Of a stretch of DNA of 64,000 nt, positions 20,381 through 28,904 are shown piece by piece. The notes under the pieces are model-generated. The model searched no databases. It saw only the letters and a list, made by a program, of their open reading frames with translations, and was not told where the DNA came from. Location: positions 3,328,001-3,392,000 of the forward strand of contig OZ245015.1 of the NCBI GenBank assembly GCA_965223705.1. Direction: 5' to 3'. This DNA is from Myxococcota bacterium (GTDB lineage Bacteria > Myxococcota_A > UBA9160 > UBA6930). Made by a program: the position numbers and the translations under genes. Positions within the stretch are counted from its first letter, which is position 1. Each line of letters starts with the position of its first letter.

Positions 20381-21214
20381 CTAGGTGTCCACAGACCCAG
20401 TGCGCGGGCGCAAGTAGACGAACCAATACACCAAGGCCACAAGCCCCCCTCCGCCTACCACGTTCCCCAACGTGACGGCGAGGAGATTGCGGATCGCGCC
20501 GCTGGTTGCGATCGAGCTCACGCCGCTCGCCGCGACGATCCCGGGATCGCCCTGGAGTAGGAATGCGATTCCGAAGAAGTACATGTTCGCCACGCTGTGC
20601 TCAAAGCCTAGAGCGACGAATGCCGTGATGGGGAAGAGAATCGCCCAGACCTTGTCCGTTGTGCCGCGCGCTCCAAAGCACAGCCAAACCGCAAGGCAGA
20701 CCAGGGCGTTGCAGAGGATCCCGAGAAAGAAGGCCGGAATCACCTCGAGATTCGCTTTCGCCGCAGCGATCTTGACCGCGGTCGCCCCGACGCCGTAATC
20801 CGCCGACCGCCATGCGCCCGAGACGCAGACGAGCGCGGCGGTCGCCAGCGCGCCCAGCCCGTTTCCGATGTAGCAACCGAACCAGTTGCGGAGCAGTTGC
20901 CTCCCGGTCACGGAGCCGCTTGCCCAGCCCATCACGATCAGATTGTTCCCCGTGAAGAGCTCCGCACCCGCCAGCACGACCAGGACGAGGCCGAGTGAGA
21001 ACGCGATCCCGGCGAGAAGCCGAACCGCGCCGAACCCAATCCCGTCGAACCCGGTCGATGCGACCGTCGAAAACGCTGCCCCGAGGCCGATGAACGCTCC
21101 CGCCAGAACCGCCAACACCAGCAGACTCGATGCGTCGAGCTCCGCCTTCGCCAACCCGGCCGAGCGGACCCGCTCGGCGATCTCTTTCGGAGCGTAGGCA
21201 TCGATATCACTCAT
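20381..21214 (-). CDS. Formate/nitrite transporter (FNT) family channel
   Basis: LAGAFIGLG, GAELFTGN, GILCNALVCLA, GFEHSVANM, TLGNVVGG. Confidence 0.93.
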   Translation of the reverse strand: MSDIDAYAPKEIAERVRSAGLAKAELDASSLLVLAVLAGAFIGLGAAFSTVASTGFDGIGFGAVRLLAGIAFSLGLVLVVLAGAELFTGNNLIVMGWASGSVTGRQLLRNWFGCYIGNGLGALATAALVCVSGAWRSADYGVGATAVKIAAAKANLEVIPAFFLGILCNALVCLAVWLCFGARGTTDKVWAILFPITAFVALGFEHSVANMYFFGIAFLLQGDPGIVAASGVSSIATSGAIRNLLAVTLGNVVGGGGLVALVYWFVYLRPRTGSVDT

Positions 21215-21252
21215 CGGTGTCGTCCATGGAAGCTTCCGCCGAACGTCCGAGG

Positions 21253-21268
21253 AGCAAATTGCATGCCG
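21253..21268 (-). promoter_or_regulatory. sigma54 -24/-12 promoter motif for the FNT-USP-arcE-arcC run
   Basis: Minus strand CGGCATGCAATTTGCT (GG-N10-GC). Confidence 0.65.
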
Positions 21269-21343
21269 CCGTGGTGTCGCTGTGCCGCTGAGGCGCACCG
21301 CCTCAAGGGTGAGCCGTTTCGTCTCGCAGGCGAGGGGGACCGC

Positions 21344-21359
21344 GGGCACCGCCTTTGCA
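21344..21359 (+). promoter_or_regulatory. sigma54 -24/-12 promoter motif for the L,D-transpeptidase
   Basis: GGGCACCGCCTTTGCA (GG-N10-GC). Confidence 0.55.
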
Positions 21360-21378
21360 GACCGCCCGGAGGGTGAAG

Positions 21379-22281
21379 GTGCGCTCGCTAATCTTGAACC
21401 CTGTTCTCGTGGCGGTGCTTTGCACGGTTTGCGCGTCCGCCGCAGAGCGCCTAGAGCCCGGAGCGACGTCGCCGCTCCGGCGAATCGTCGGCCAGAGTCG
21501 TTCTGAGCTCGTTCAACCCGGCGACACCCTTCTCGACATCGCCGTTCGCCACAACGTCGGATTCGAGGCGTTGTCTCGGCTCAATCCCGACGTCGATTCC
21601 TGGGTCCCCGTGCCCGGCACCATCATCGTGATCCCGTCCCGTGTCATCCTTCCCGCCGTCCAGGAGGTCGGGCTTGTGATCAACATTCCGGAAATGCGTT
21701 TGTTCGACTTCACCGTCGAGGGCGAACCGCGAGTCTTCGCGGCCGCTGTCGGAGACGCCGAAGACCCGACCCCTACAGGCACCTTCGAGATCGGCGAGAA
21801 GCGCAAGGATCCCGTGTGGACCGTGCCGAGTTCGATTCGGCGCGAAAAACCGAAACTCCCGGCCGAGGTTCCGCCGGGTCCCGACAACCCGCTCGGCAGC
21901 CGCTGGATGAGGATCGGCGAGACGTCATGCGGAATCCACGGTACGAACCTCCGTTGGTCCATTGGGCGCGCCGCCACACATGGATGCGTTCGCCTCTACG
22001 AAAAGGACGTCAAGCAGCTCTTCGACCGGACGCCAGAGGGGACACCGCTCCAGATCGTCTACCGGCCCTACAAGTGGGGGCGTGACGGCCCGCGGATATT
22101 TTTCGAAGCTCACCCGGACCGGTACGTCCGCGTACCCGACCAGCTCGCGGCGGCGCTCGCCCCGATTCGCGAGCTCGGCCTCCTCAACGATGTCGACGTC
22201 GCAAAAGTTTGGACAGCGATCGAACGGGCCAGTGGGGTTCCAGTCTTCGTCGGTACGCTTCCGAACCCCGAAGCGCCCTAG
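21379..22281 (+). CDS. L,D-transpeptidase with LysM domain (ErfK/YbiS/YcfS family)
   Basis: Signal peptide; GDTLLDIA LysM; INIPEMRL; GPDNPLG; IHGTN...THGCVRL catalytic motif; start GTG after GGAGG inferred. Confidence 0.92.
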   Translation: MRSLILNPVLVAVLCTVCASAAERLEPGATSPLRRIVGQSRSELVQPGDTLLDIAVRHNVGFEALSRLNPDVDSWVPVPGTIIVIPSRVILPAVQEVGLVINIPEMRLFDFTVEGEPRVFAAAVGDAEDPTPTGTFEIGEKRKDPVWTVPSSIRREKPKLPAEVPPGPDNPLGSRWMRIGETSCGIHGTNLRWSIGRAATHGCVRLYEKDVKQLFDRTPEGTPLQIVYRPYKWGRDGPRIFFEAHPDRYVRVPDQLAAALAPIRELGLLNDVDVAKVWTAIERASGVPVFVGTLPNPEAP

Positions 22282-22290
22282 CCTCGTCGG

Positions 22291-22593
22291 CTACTTCGAC
22301 ACGGACTTATCGAAGATCGCCTCGCTCTTCCGCGCCGCGTCGTCGGCCCTGCCCGCTGCCACATCCGCGCGTTGCGCGGAACGCTCTGCAATTCTCTCGG
22401 CTGCCGTTGCGCGCTCCTCGGCTGCGTGCGCCCCCGCCTCAACGGACTCGATCTTGTTGTCCAGCGCATCGAGTCGCTGACTGATCGTGTCGAGCCGTCG
22501 GTTGATCTGATCGGTATCGCCGGTCGTCGCGCATCCCGCTCCAACGATCGCTGCGAGCAATAACGAAACGGTCGTATAGGTGCGTCTCACCAC
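22291..22593 (-). CDS. Lpp/OprI-like alanine-zipper lipoprotein with C-terminal Lys
   Basis: Lipobox GAGC, Ala-rich coiled coil, ends ...IFDKSVSK; adjacent to the L,D-transpeptidase. Confidence 0.78.
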   Translation of the reverse strand: MVRRTYTTVSLLLAAIVGAGCATTGDTDQINRRLDTISQRLDALDNKIESVEAGAHAAEERATAAERIAERSAQRADVAAGRADDAARKSEAIFDKSVSK

Positions 22594-22609
22594 GGACTTC
22601 CTCCTCTAG

Positions 22610-22915
22610 TCAGTGCGTTCCTCTGCACTCTCCGTGCCAATCCCATCCTTCACGCCCGATGAGAGGAACGAAGCACACGCCACCGAGATCCTCTCTGCGA
22701 AACTCACACTCGTCGATCCGCGGGATCCGCAGCAGAGATTGGCAGAGGCGTCCGCCAACGGAGAGCTGTTCGCGAAGCGACTCGGGCACCCTCGGTCCGC
22801 CGGCCGCGACAACGATGCCGTCGAACGGCGCTTCCTCGGGCCATCCCAGCGTTCCGTCGGCACATCGCACGTGCACGTTCGCGTAGCCCTCGGCTGCACC
22901 TACCGTGCCGGACAA
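22610..22915 (-). pseudogene. pcm: Remnant of protein-L-isoaspartate O-methyltransferase
   Basis: Only the C-terminal half is present: GYANVHVRCADGTLGWPEEAPFDGIVVAAG...LSVGGRL...FVPLIG. The SAM motif I region is absent and the usual VIPVG segment is missing. Confidence 0.78.
22624..22640 (-). promoter_or_regulatory. sigma54 -24/-12 promoter motif for the Lpp-like gene
   Basis: Minus strand TTGGCACGGAGAGTGCA (GG-N10-GC). Confidence 0.65.
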
Positions 22916-22965
22916 CGCGCCTCAAGCGAGGCGCTTTGTCCCATGGACCGGGTGACTTCCGAACG

Positions 22966-22982
22966 TTGGCCTCGAAACTGCA
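22966..22982 (+). promoter_or_regulatory. sigma54 -24/-12 promoter motif for cytochrome c
   Basis: TTGGCCTCGAAACTGCA (GG-N10-GC), 30 nt before ATG 23012. Confidence 0.55.
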
Positions 22983-23011
22983 TTTCGAGTCGGCGAACAG
23001 GAGCGATTCGC

Positions 23012-23455
23012 ATGCCTACCTCACGCCTTGTTTTCTTGATGGGTGGTGTTCTCGCATGTCTCTTCGCGGCGTGTACGCGCGACGTGGAAGTCCCGCTGTC
23101 TGTTGCGACAGGGCCAAGTGGGCCGGGGCGCATGCTCTACGTGACTTACTGCGAAAGCTGCCACGGATCCTCCGGCACCGGGGATGGGCCGGTGGCATCC
23201 GCGCTGAGCACGCAGCCCACGGATCTCACCAAACTCTGGGAGCGATACGGCACGCCGCTCGACCGCGACAGGCTGGCCGAGCACATCGACGGACGCTCCA
23301 TGCTCTTCATGCACAGTCGTGAGATGCCGGTTTGGGGCCGTGACTTTTTCAAGGATGCCGATCCCGCCGGGCCCAACCTCGAATCGCTCAAGGACCAACT
23401 CATCGACGTCCTGATCGAATACATCGAAGGGCTCCAAACCAAGCGGAGCACCTAG
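23012..23455 (+). CDS. Monoheme c-type cytochrome lipoprotein
   Basis: RBS AGGAG; lipobox FAAC; YCESCHG..GTGDGP; REMPVWG. Confidence 0.85.
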   Translation: MPTSRLVFLMGGVLACLFAACTRDVEVPLSVATGPSGPGRMLYVTYCESCHGSSGTGDGPVASALSTQPTDLTKLWERYGTPLDRDRLAEHIDGRSMLFMHSREMPVWGRDFFKDADPAGPNLESLKDQLIDVLIEYIEGLQTKRST

Positions 23456-23464
23456 CGCCGGGGA

Positions 23465-23935
23465 CTAGTTCGTCGCTGGGCGCTTGAGTACGAGATGTTG
23501 CATCTCGTAGTGCATGACGACTTCTGCGCGCTGGTTGACGATATCGAAGCGCGAATTCAGCACGCCCTTGTCTCCTTTACTCGTCTCTCGCGCAGAAAGC
23601 ACGGTGACCTCGACGTGGATGGTGTCACCTACCAGGATGGGCATCGGGATGCGCATCTTGTCGACGCCGAGGATGGCGACAAAGGTCTTGTCGTACAGAC
23701 CGGTGCGGATCCCGAGACCCTGCGCCATGCCCCACACCAACGCGGCGGGAGCGAAGCGTCCGCCGCGGATCGGGCTCTCGTTCTCGATGTATTCAATGTT
23801 GCAGAAGAGGTCTTCGTAAAGACCCGCGAGCGCGACGAAGTTGACGACGTCGGTCTCGAAGATCGTCCGCTTCGGTGTCTCGTAGCGGAACCCTTCCGGA
23901 AAGTCTTCGAAGTAGTGCAACAAGGAACTCCTCAT
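23465..23935 (-). CDS. MaoC/hotdog-fold dehydratase family protein
   Basis: YFEDF, RTIFETDVVNF, PILVGDTI, NQRAEVVM. Confidence 0.82.
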   Translation of the reverse strand: MRSSLLHYFEDFPEGFRYETPKRTIFETDVVNFVALAGLYEDLFCNIEYIENESPIRGGRFAPAALVWGMAQGLGIRTGLYDKTFVAILGVDKMRIPMPILVGDTIHVEVTVLSARETSKGDKGVLNSRFDIVNQRAEVVMHYEMQHLVLKRPATN

Positions 23936-24967
23936 TTACTCAAAGTGCGGGATCACGTGGCGAGCGAAGAGGCGCATGGAATGCTCAGTCAGGCGGGGAT
24001 CCATGCCCCCGATTTGCATCCAGAGGACCTGGTGCGTCACCGACGAAGCGGTAGCCGAGCGCTCGAGTTCTCGAATCGCGTCGTCCGGCGTTCCGACGAT
24101 CATCGGTGCACCGTAAAAGTGTAGATCCTTCGCTTCGGCGAGTTCTTCCGGCGCCGGAAGGGGATCGGGGCCGAAGAAACCGCCGGGCGGCGCCGGCACC
24201 CCGGCTTCGTTCAGCTTGCGAAGGTAGGTGGTCAAGATCTCGTGGATGTGAACGGCGGCGTTCTGCCAGGCTTGCTCGCGGGTCTCGGCCACGTGGGCCA
24301 TGCGCAGCGTGCCCTTCGAAAATTCTGACGGGTCGTGCCCGTAGTGACGCAACCGCTCCTCGTAGAGGGCGATGACTTCAGGGCTCCCAGCGCCGGCGAG
24401 ATGACAACCGAAACGCGCCGCGCGGTCGATCGCACCGGGCGCCAACGCGGCGACCCAGATCGGCAGCTCCGAAGTCGTGGGGCGCGGTCGCAACGAAACC
24501 GGTTCGAAGGCGTAGCGCTGCCCCTCGAAGCCGAACGGATCATTCTCCCAGAGACCGCGGATCACGGTGAGCCCTTCTTCGAGGCGCGAAGGTCGCTGAT
24601 TGTGGGGGATGCCGAAAGCGGCGTACTCGTCGACGTAGTAGCCCTGCCCCACGCCGAGATGGAAGCGGCCGTCCGAGAGCGCGTCGAGTGTCGCCGCCTG
24701 CTCCGCGACGCCAATGGGATGGTGGAGCGGCAAGACGACGATGTAGGTCCCGACCTGTATTCGGTGGGTCCTGGCGGCGATCGCCGCTAACACCGGCATC
24801 TGCTGCGAGAAATAGCCATCGCTGAAGTGGTGCTCGGCGGTCCAGATGCCGTTGTAGCCGAGTTCTTCCGCGAGCACCGCCAAGTCGATGGTCGTCCCGA
24901 AAAAGCGCGCCGACGGAGACTGATAGGTCGCCGGATTTCCCCCGGTCATGATGAGATCGAACTTCAT
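23936..24967 (-). CDS. LLM class flavin-dependent oxidoreductase
   Basis: WTAEHHF, AEQAATLDALSDGRFHLGVGQGY, SMRLFARHVIPHF. Confidence 0.9.
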   Translation of the reverse strand: MKFDLIMTGGNPATYQSPSARFFGTTIDLAVLAEELGYNGIWTAEHHFSDGYFSQQMPVLAAIAARTHRIQVGTYIVVLPLHHPIGVAEQAATLDALSDGRFHLGVGQGYYVDEYAAFGIPHNQRPSRLEEGLTVIRGLWENDPFGFEGQRYAFEPVSLRPRPTTSELPIWVAALAPGAIDRAARFGCHLAGAGSPEVIALYEERLRHYGHDPSEFSKGTLRMAHVAETREQAWQNAAVHIHEILTTYLRKLNEAGVPAPPGGFFGPDPLPAPEELAEAKDLHFYGAPMIVGTPDDAIRELERSATASSVTHQVLWMQIGGMDPRLTEHSMRLFARHVIPHFE

Positions 24968-25074
24968 GGGGCAAAGATCTCATGGCGCGGCACCTGGGTC
25001 CAACTCGAAACCGCGGCGATTCGTCCCTGAGCGCTCCGAGCGGTACCCTGACCGGACCAACTCTGAGAGGACTC

Positions 25075-26259
25075 ATGAACGCACCGCTTCGCTTCGGCAT
25101 CTTTCTCGCTCCGTTCCACCCGTCCGGGCAAAATCCGACCCTGGCGCTCGAACGGGATCTCGAGCTCGTCGTACGACTCGACGAACTGGGCTACGACGAG
25201 GCCTGGATCGGCGAGCACCACTCGGCTGGGTTGGAGATCATCGCCTCGCCGGAGATCTTCATTGCGGCGGCGGCCGAGCGAACGAAGAACATCCGCTTGG
25301 GCACCGGGGTGAGTTCCCTGCCCTACCACCATCCGCTGATTCTCGCGGATCGCATGGTTCAGCTCGACCATATGACCCGGGGACGCGCGATGTTCGGGGT
25401 CGGCCCCGGCGCGCTGCCGTCCGACGCGCACATGATGGGGATCGATCCCGCGGATCAACGCCGGCGGATGGAGGAATCCCTCGAAGCCATCATGCTGCTG
25501 TTGCGCTCCGACGAGCCGGTGACCATGGAAACCGATTGGTTCACGCTGCGCGATGCGCGGTTACAACTGCGTCCGTACAGCTATCCGCATTTCGAGGTCG
25601 CCGTCGCAGCCACGGTGTCGCCAGCAGGCCCCCGATCGGCCGGAAGGTTCGGCGCGGGCTTGCTCTCCCTCGGCGCGACGAGCGCCGGCGGGTTCAAGGT
25701 GCTGGGGGACCACTGGCGCGTCTGGAGTGACACGGCGAAGCAAGCCGGGTTCGAAGCGCAGCGCAGCAGTTGGCGCGCCGTCGGCGCGATGCACGTCGCC
25801 GAGTCCCGAGAACAGGCCTTCCGCGACGTCGAGTACGGCATTCACGAATGGATCGACTACTTCAAGAACGTCGTCGTGCTCCCGCTAGGGCCTACCGAGG
25901 ACGATCCCAAGAAATGGGTTCGCGCCTTGGTCGACTGCGGTACGGCGGTGATTGGAACACCTGACGACGCCGCCGCCCAAATCGAACGAATTCAGAAGCA
26001 GAGCGGTGGCTTCGGCGCGTTTCTATGCATGGCCAACGACTGGGCGGAACGCGAAGCCATGCTGCGCTCCTATGAGCTTCTCGCGAAACACGTGTTCCCC
26101 CGCTTCCAGGGATCAGCAGACCGCGCGGTGGCCTCGCGGGAATGGGCGCGGGCGGGGCACGACCGGCTGATGGGTTCCGCGATGGACGCCGTCATGCGCG
26201 AGATTGACCAGCACGAGAGCGCGACGGGCTACCGGGTGGGGCCGGAAGAAGAATCCTAG
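25075..26259 (+). CDS. LLM class flavin-dependent monooxygenase (limonene 1,2-monooxygenase-like)
   Basis: LRFGIFLAPFH, AWIGEHHSAG, SLPYHHP, LDHMTRGR, GPGALPSDA. Confidence 0.88.
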   Translation: MNAPLRFGIFLAPFHPSGQNPTLALERDLELVVRLDELGYDEAWIGEHHSAGLEIIASPEIFIAAAAERTKNIRLGTGVSSLPYHHPLILADRMVQLDHMTRGRAMFGVGPGALPSDAHMMGIDPADQRRRMEESLEAIMLLLRSDEPVTMETDWFTLRDARLQLRPYSYPHFEVAVAATVSPAGPRSAGRFGAGLLSLGATSAGGFKVLGDHWRVWSDTAKQAGFEAQRSSWRAVGAMHVAESREQAFRDVEYGIHEWIDYFKNVVVLPLGPTEDDPKKWVRALVDCGTAVIGTPDDAAAQIERIQKQSGGFGAFLCMANDWAEREAMLRSYELLAKHVFPRFQGSADRAVASREWARAGHDRLMGSAMDAVMREIDQHESATGYRVGPEEES

Positions 26260-26291
26260 CCCCCACAGAGGATCCTCTCGTGCGCGGTCCG

Positions 26292-27662
26292 GTGACTGCC
26301 CCCGACGACCGGGAGATCGGGACGGGGCAGCTCCTGGCCTACGCGCTTCCCGGGTTCGCCACGTCACTTGCCGCCCTACCTTTGGCGCTCTTCATCCCGG
26401 CATTCTACGGCCGGGATCTCGGGCTCCCGCTGGCTTCGGTGGGGCTGGCGATCGCAGCTTCGCGCATCTTTGACGTGATCACGGACCCGCTCGTCGGTTG
26501 GATGAGTGACCGAGCGTTGCTGCCCGGCGGGCGCCGGAAACCCTGGCTGCTTCTCGGAGTGCCGATCCTGCTGCTCGGTCTGTGGCGACTGTTCGTGCCT
26601 CCGGCCGATGCCGATCAGCGATACCTGTTCGTGTGGGCGGCTGTCTTCTTCTTGGGGACAACGTTAGTCGAGCTGCCCTATCGCGCCTGGGGTGCAGAGC
26701 TGTCAAAGAGCTACGACGGTCGCTCACGCATCACAGGCTGGCGCGAAGCCATGGGAGCCCTCGGACAAGTCGTGGTCCTTTTGGGCCTGGTCAGCCTGAG
26801 CGCGTGGGACCTGACCGGCTCGGCCGCGCAGCTTCGAGCCGTCGCAATTTCAGTCGCGGTGTTGCTTCCTGCCTGCGCGGTTGTCGCCGTCCGCTTTGCG
26901 CCCGAGGGTCGAAACGACAGCTTCGCGAAGGGCCGCCTCGGTCCCGGGCGAGCGCTCGGGCTCATCTTCCGCAATCCGGCATTCCTGCGGATGCTCGGTG
27001 TGGTCGCGTTCTTTGTGTCCGGTGTCGTGATGCAGGGGACGCTCCACCGGATGGTCCTCGCCGACGTCATCAAAGCAGAGGATTGGTTCGCCACCGTGCT
27101 GCTGCTCGAGAACACCGCTGCTCTTGCGTCGATCCCCATTTGGCTCAGCGTGAGCCGGCGCGTGGGGAAACATCGCGCGCTCGCCGGCGCCGCGACTTGG
27201 CTCGCGGCGTGGAGCCTGCCGCTCGTCGCGCTCGGGCCCGGAGAGGTCGGAAGCTACGTGGCTCTGATCGCGATCCGCGGTTCGAGCTTCGGTGCGATCT
27301 TGTTGCTTTCAAACTCGCTGGCGGCCGACGTGATCGACGTCGATACGCTCGCCTCGGGTCGGCAGCGCAGCGGTGCCTACTTCGCTGTCTGGGGCATGGC
27401 GACGAAAACGGCCGTCGGGCTCGGGGTCGTGCTGGGAACCGGACTTGCGGCGTTCGCGGGGTACGACGCCACAGCGCTCCCGCTCACGTCGGACGCACAA
27501 CAGGCGCTGTTGTGGGTGTACGGAGGCGTGCCGGCCTGCTTGATGGCCTTCGGCGCCCTTTTCCTGTGGCAGTTCCCGGTTACGCGTGACACACATCGAC
27601 GCGTCCGCGAGCAGCTCGACGCGACCGCCCTCATCTCACCGCGCCGACGGAACGGCGCGTAG
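26292..27662 (+). CDS. MFS transporter, GPH/MelB (MFS_2) family
   Basis: RIFDVITDPLVGWMSD, GRRKPW, PYRAWGAEL, LAADVID; start approximate. Confidence 0.88.
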   Translation: MTAPDDREIGTGQLLAYALPGFATSLAALPLALFIPAFYGRDLGLPLASVGLAIAASRIFDVITDPLVGWMSDRALLPGGRRKPWLLLGVPILLLGLWRLFVPPADADQRYLFVWAAVFFLGTTLVELPYRAWGAELSKSYDGRSRITGWREAMGALGQVVVLLGLVSLSAWDLTGSAAQLRAVAISVAVLLPACAVVAVRFAPEGRNDSFAKGRLGPGRALGLIFRNPAFLRMLGVVAFFVSGVVMQGTLHRMVLADVIKAEDWFATVLLLENTAALASIPIWLSVSRRVGKHRALAGAATWLAAWSLPLVALGPGEVGSYVALIAIRGSSFGAILLLSNSLAADVIDVDTLASGRQRSGAYFAVWGMATKTAVGLGVVLGTGLAAFAGYDATALPLTSDAQQALLWVYGGVPACLMAFGALFLWQFPVTRDTHRRVREQLDATALISPRRRNGA

Positions 27663-28904
27663 ACGCGAGCGGGGTTTTTCAAAGACGATCTGCGAGACCG
27701 CAATCACGCGTTCGTCGAACCCACCTTCGCAGTAGGCGAAATAAAATGCCCACATGCGCAAAAATTTTTCGCTGAGGCCCGCCTGACGGAGGCCTTCCCA
27801 CTTCTCGGTCAAGCGTTCTCTCCAACGACGTAGTGTCTCGGCGTAGTGCGCGCTGATGTCTTCGAGCGCCGTCAAACGAAGGTCGGTGCTTTCACCCATG
27901 GCTCCGATCAGCGAGCCGACGGAAGGGAGTTGACCGCCCGGGAAGATGTATCGCTTGATGAAATCCACGCTTCGAAGCGACCGCTCGTAGTCTTGATCAC
28001 GATGAAGAATGGCTTGGATCGCCATGGCGCCGTCGGTTTCGAGACGGTCCGAGCAAGTTCGAAAGTACGTGGCGAGGTTATCGTGCCCGACCGCTTCGAC
28101 CATTTCGATCGACACCAAACGATCAAAACGACCCTCGAGATCCCGGTAGTCGCGAAGGAGCACCGTGACGCGCTCGCCGAGGCCAGCCGCGCGAACGCGC
28201 TCGGTCGTCAAGCGGTGCTGCTCTTCCGAGATCGTCGTCGTCGTTACGTGACAGCCGCGAGTTCGCGCCGCGTAGAGCGCGAAGCCGCCCCAACCGGTAC
28301 CGATCTCGAGCAACCGGTGTCGCTCGGCTAGGCCGAGGCGATGACACAGACGCTCATATTTCGCGGCTTGGGCGTCTTCGAGCGATTGAGACCGGTGTGC
28401 AAACAGTGCGCTCGAGTAAGTCATCGAGGGATCGAGAAAGCTGCGGAAGAAACCATTCCCGAGGTCGTAGTGAGCCGCGATGTTCTGACGACTCCCGCGG
28501 CGGGAATTCGATCGCCGCCAATGCACGAAGCGCAGCGCCTGCGCCTGGAATCTCGCAAGTCCCCGGTTGAGACCGACAACGGCCTCGCGATTCCGGGCGA
28601 GGAGGCGGATGATGCCGGGGAGATCTTCCGTGTCCCACCACCCTTCCATCCAGGCTTCGGCGCCGCCCAACGTGCCGCCGAAGACAATCGCGGGCCAAAA
28701 CTGCGGGTTTGTCACACGAAGCGTTGCGTTGGGGTCTGCAGATCCGCCCGCGCCGAGCACGTAGCTCTGATCGCCCTCGTGAAGGCGAATCGCATCGGAT
28801 CGGAGTCCGGCCAACCGGGCGATGACCGCCGATCGACACCGGCTTTCGAGCCAGCTCATACGATGGGTGGCGCGGGGCGCAGACGAGAGGATCCCTTCGC
28901 TCAT
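27636..28904 (-). CDS. cfa: Cyclopropane-fatty-acyl-phospholipid synthase family methyltransferase (UfaM/CfaS-like)
   Basis: NIAAHYDLGN, MTYSSA, LEIGTGWG, SIEMVEAVG, FIKRYIFPGG, HYAETL, YFAYCEGGF; ATGA overlap with DUF1365. Confidence 0.9.
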   Translation of the reverse strand: MSEGILSSAPRATHRMSWLESRCRSAVIARLAGLRSDAIRLHEGDQSYVLGAGGSADPNATLRVTNPQFWPAIVFGGTLGGAEAWMEGWWDTEDLPGIIRLLARNREAVVGLNRGLARFQAQALRFVHWRRSNSRRGSRQNIAAHYDLGNGFFRSFLDPSMTYSSALFAHRSQSLEDAQAAKYERLCHRLGLAERHRLLEIGTGWGGFALYAARTRGCHVTTTTISEEQHRLTTERVRAAGLGERVTVLLRDYRDLEGRFDRLVSIEMVEAVGHDNLATYFRTCSDRLETDGAMAIQAILHRDQDYERSLRSVDFIKRYIFPGGQLPSVGSLIGAMGESTDLRLTALEDISAHYAETLRRWRERLTEKWEGLRQAGLSEKFLRMWAFYFAYCEGGFDERVIAVSQIVFEKPRSRLRAVPSAR

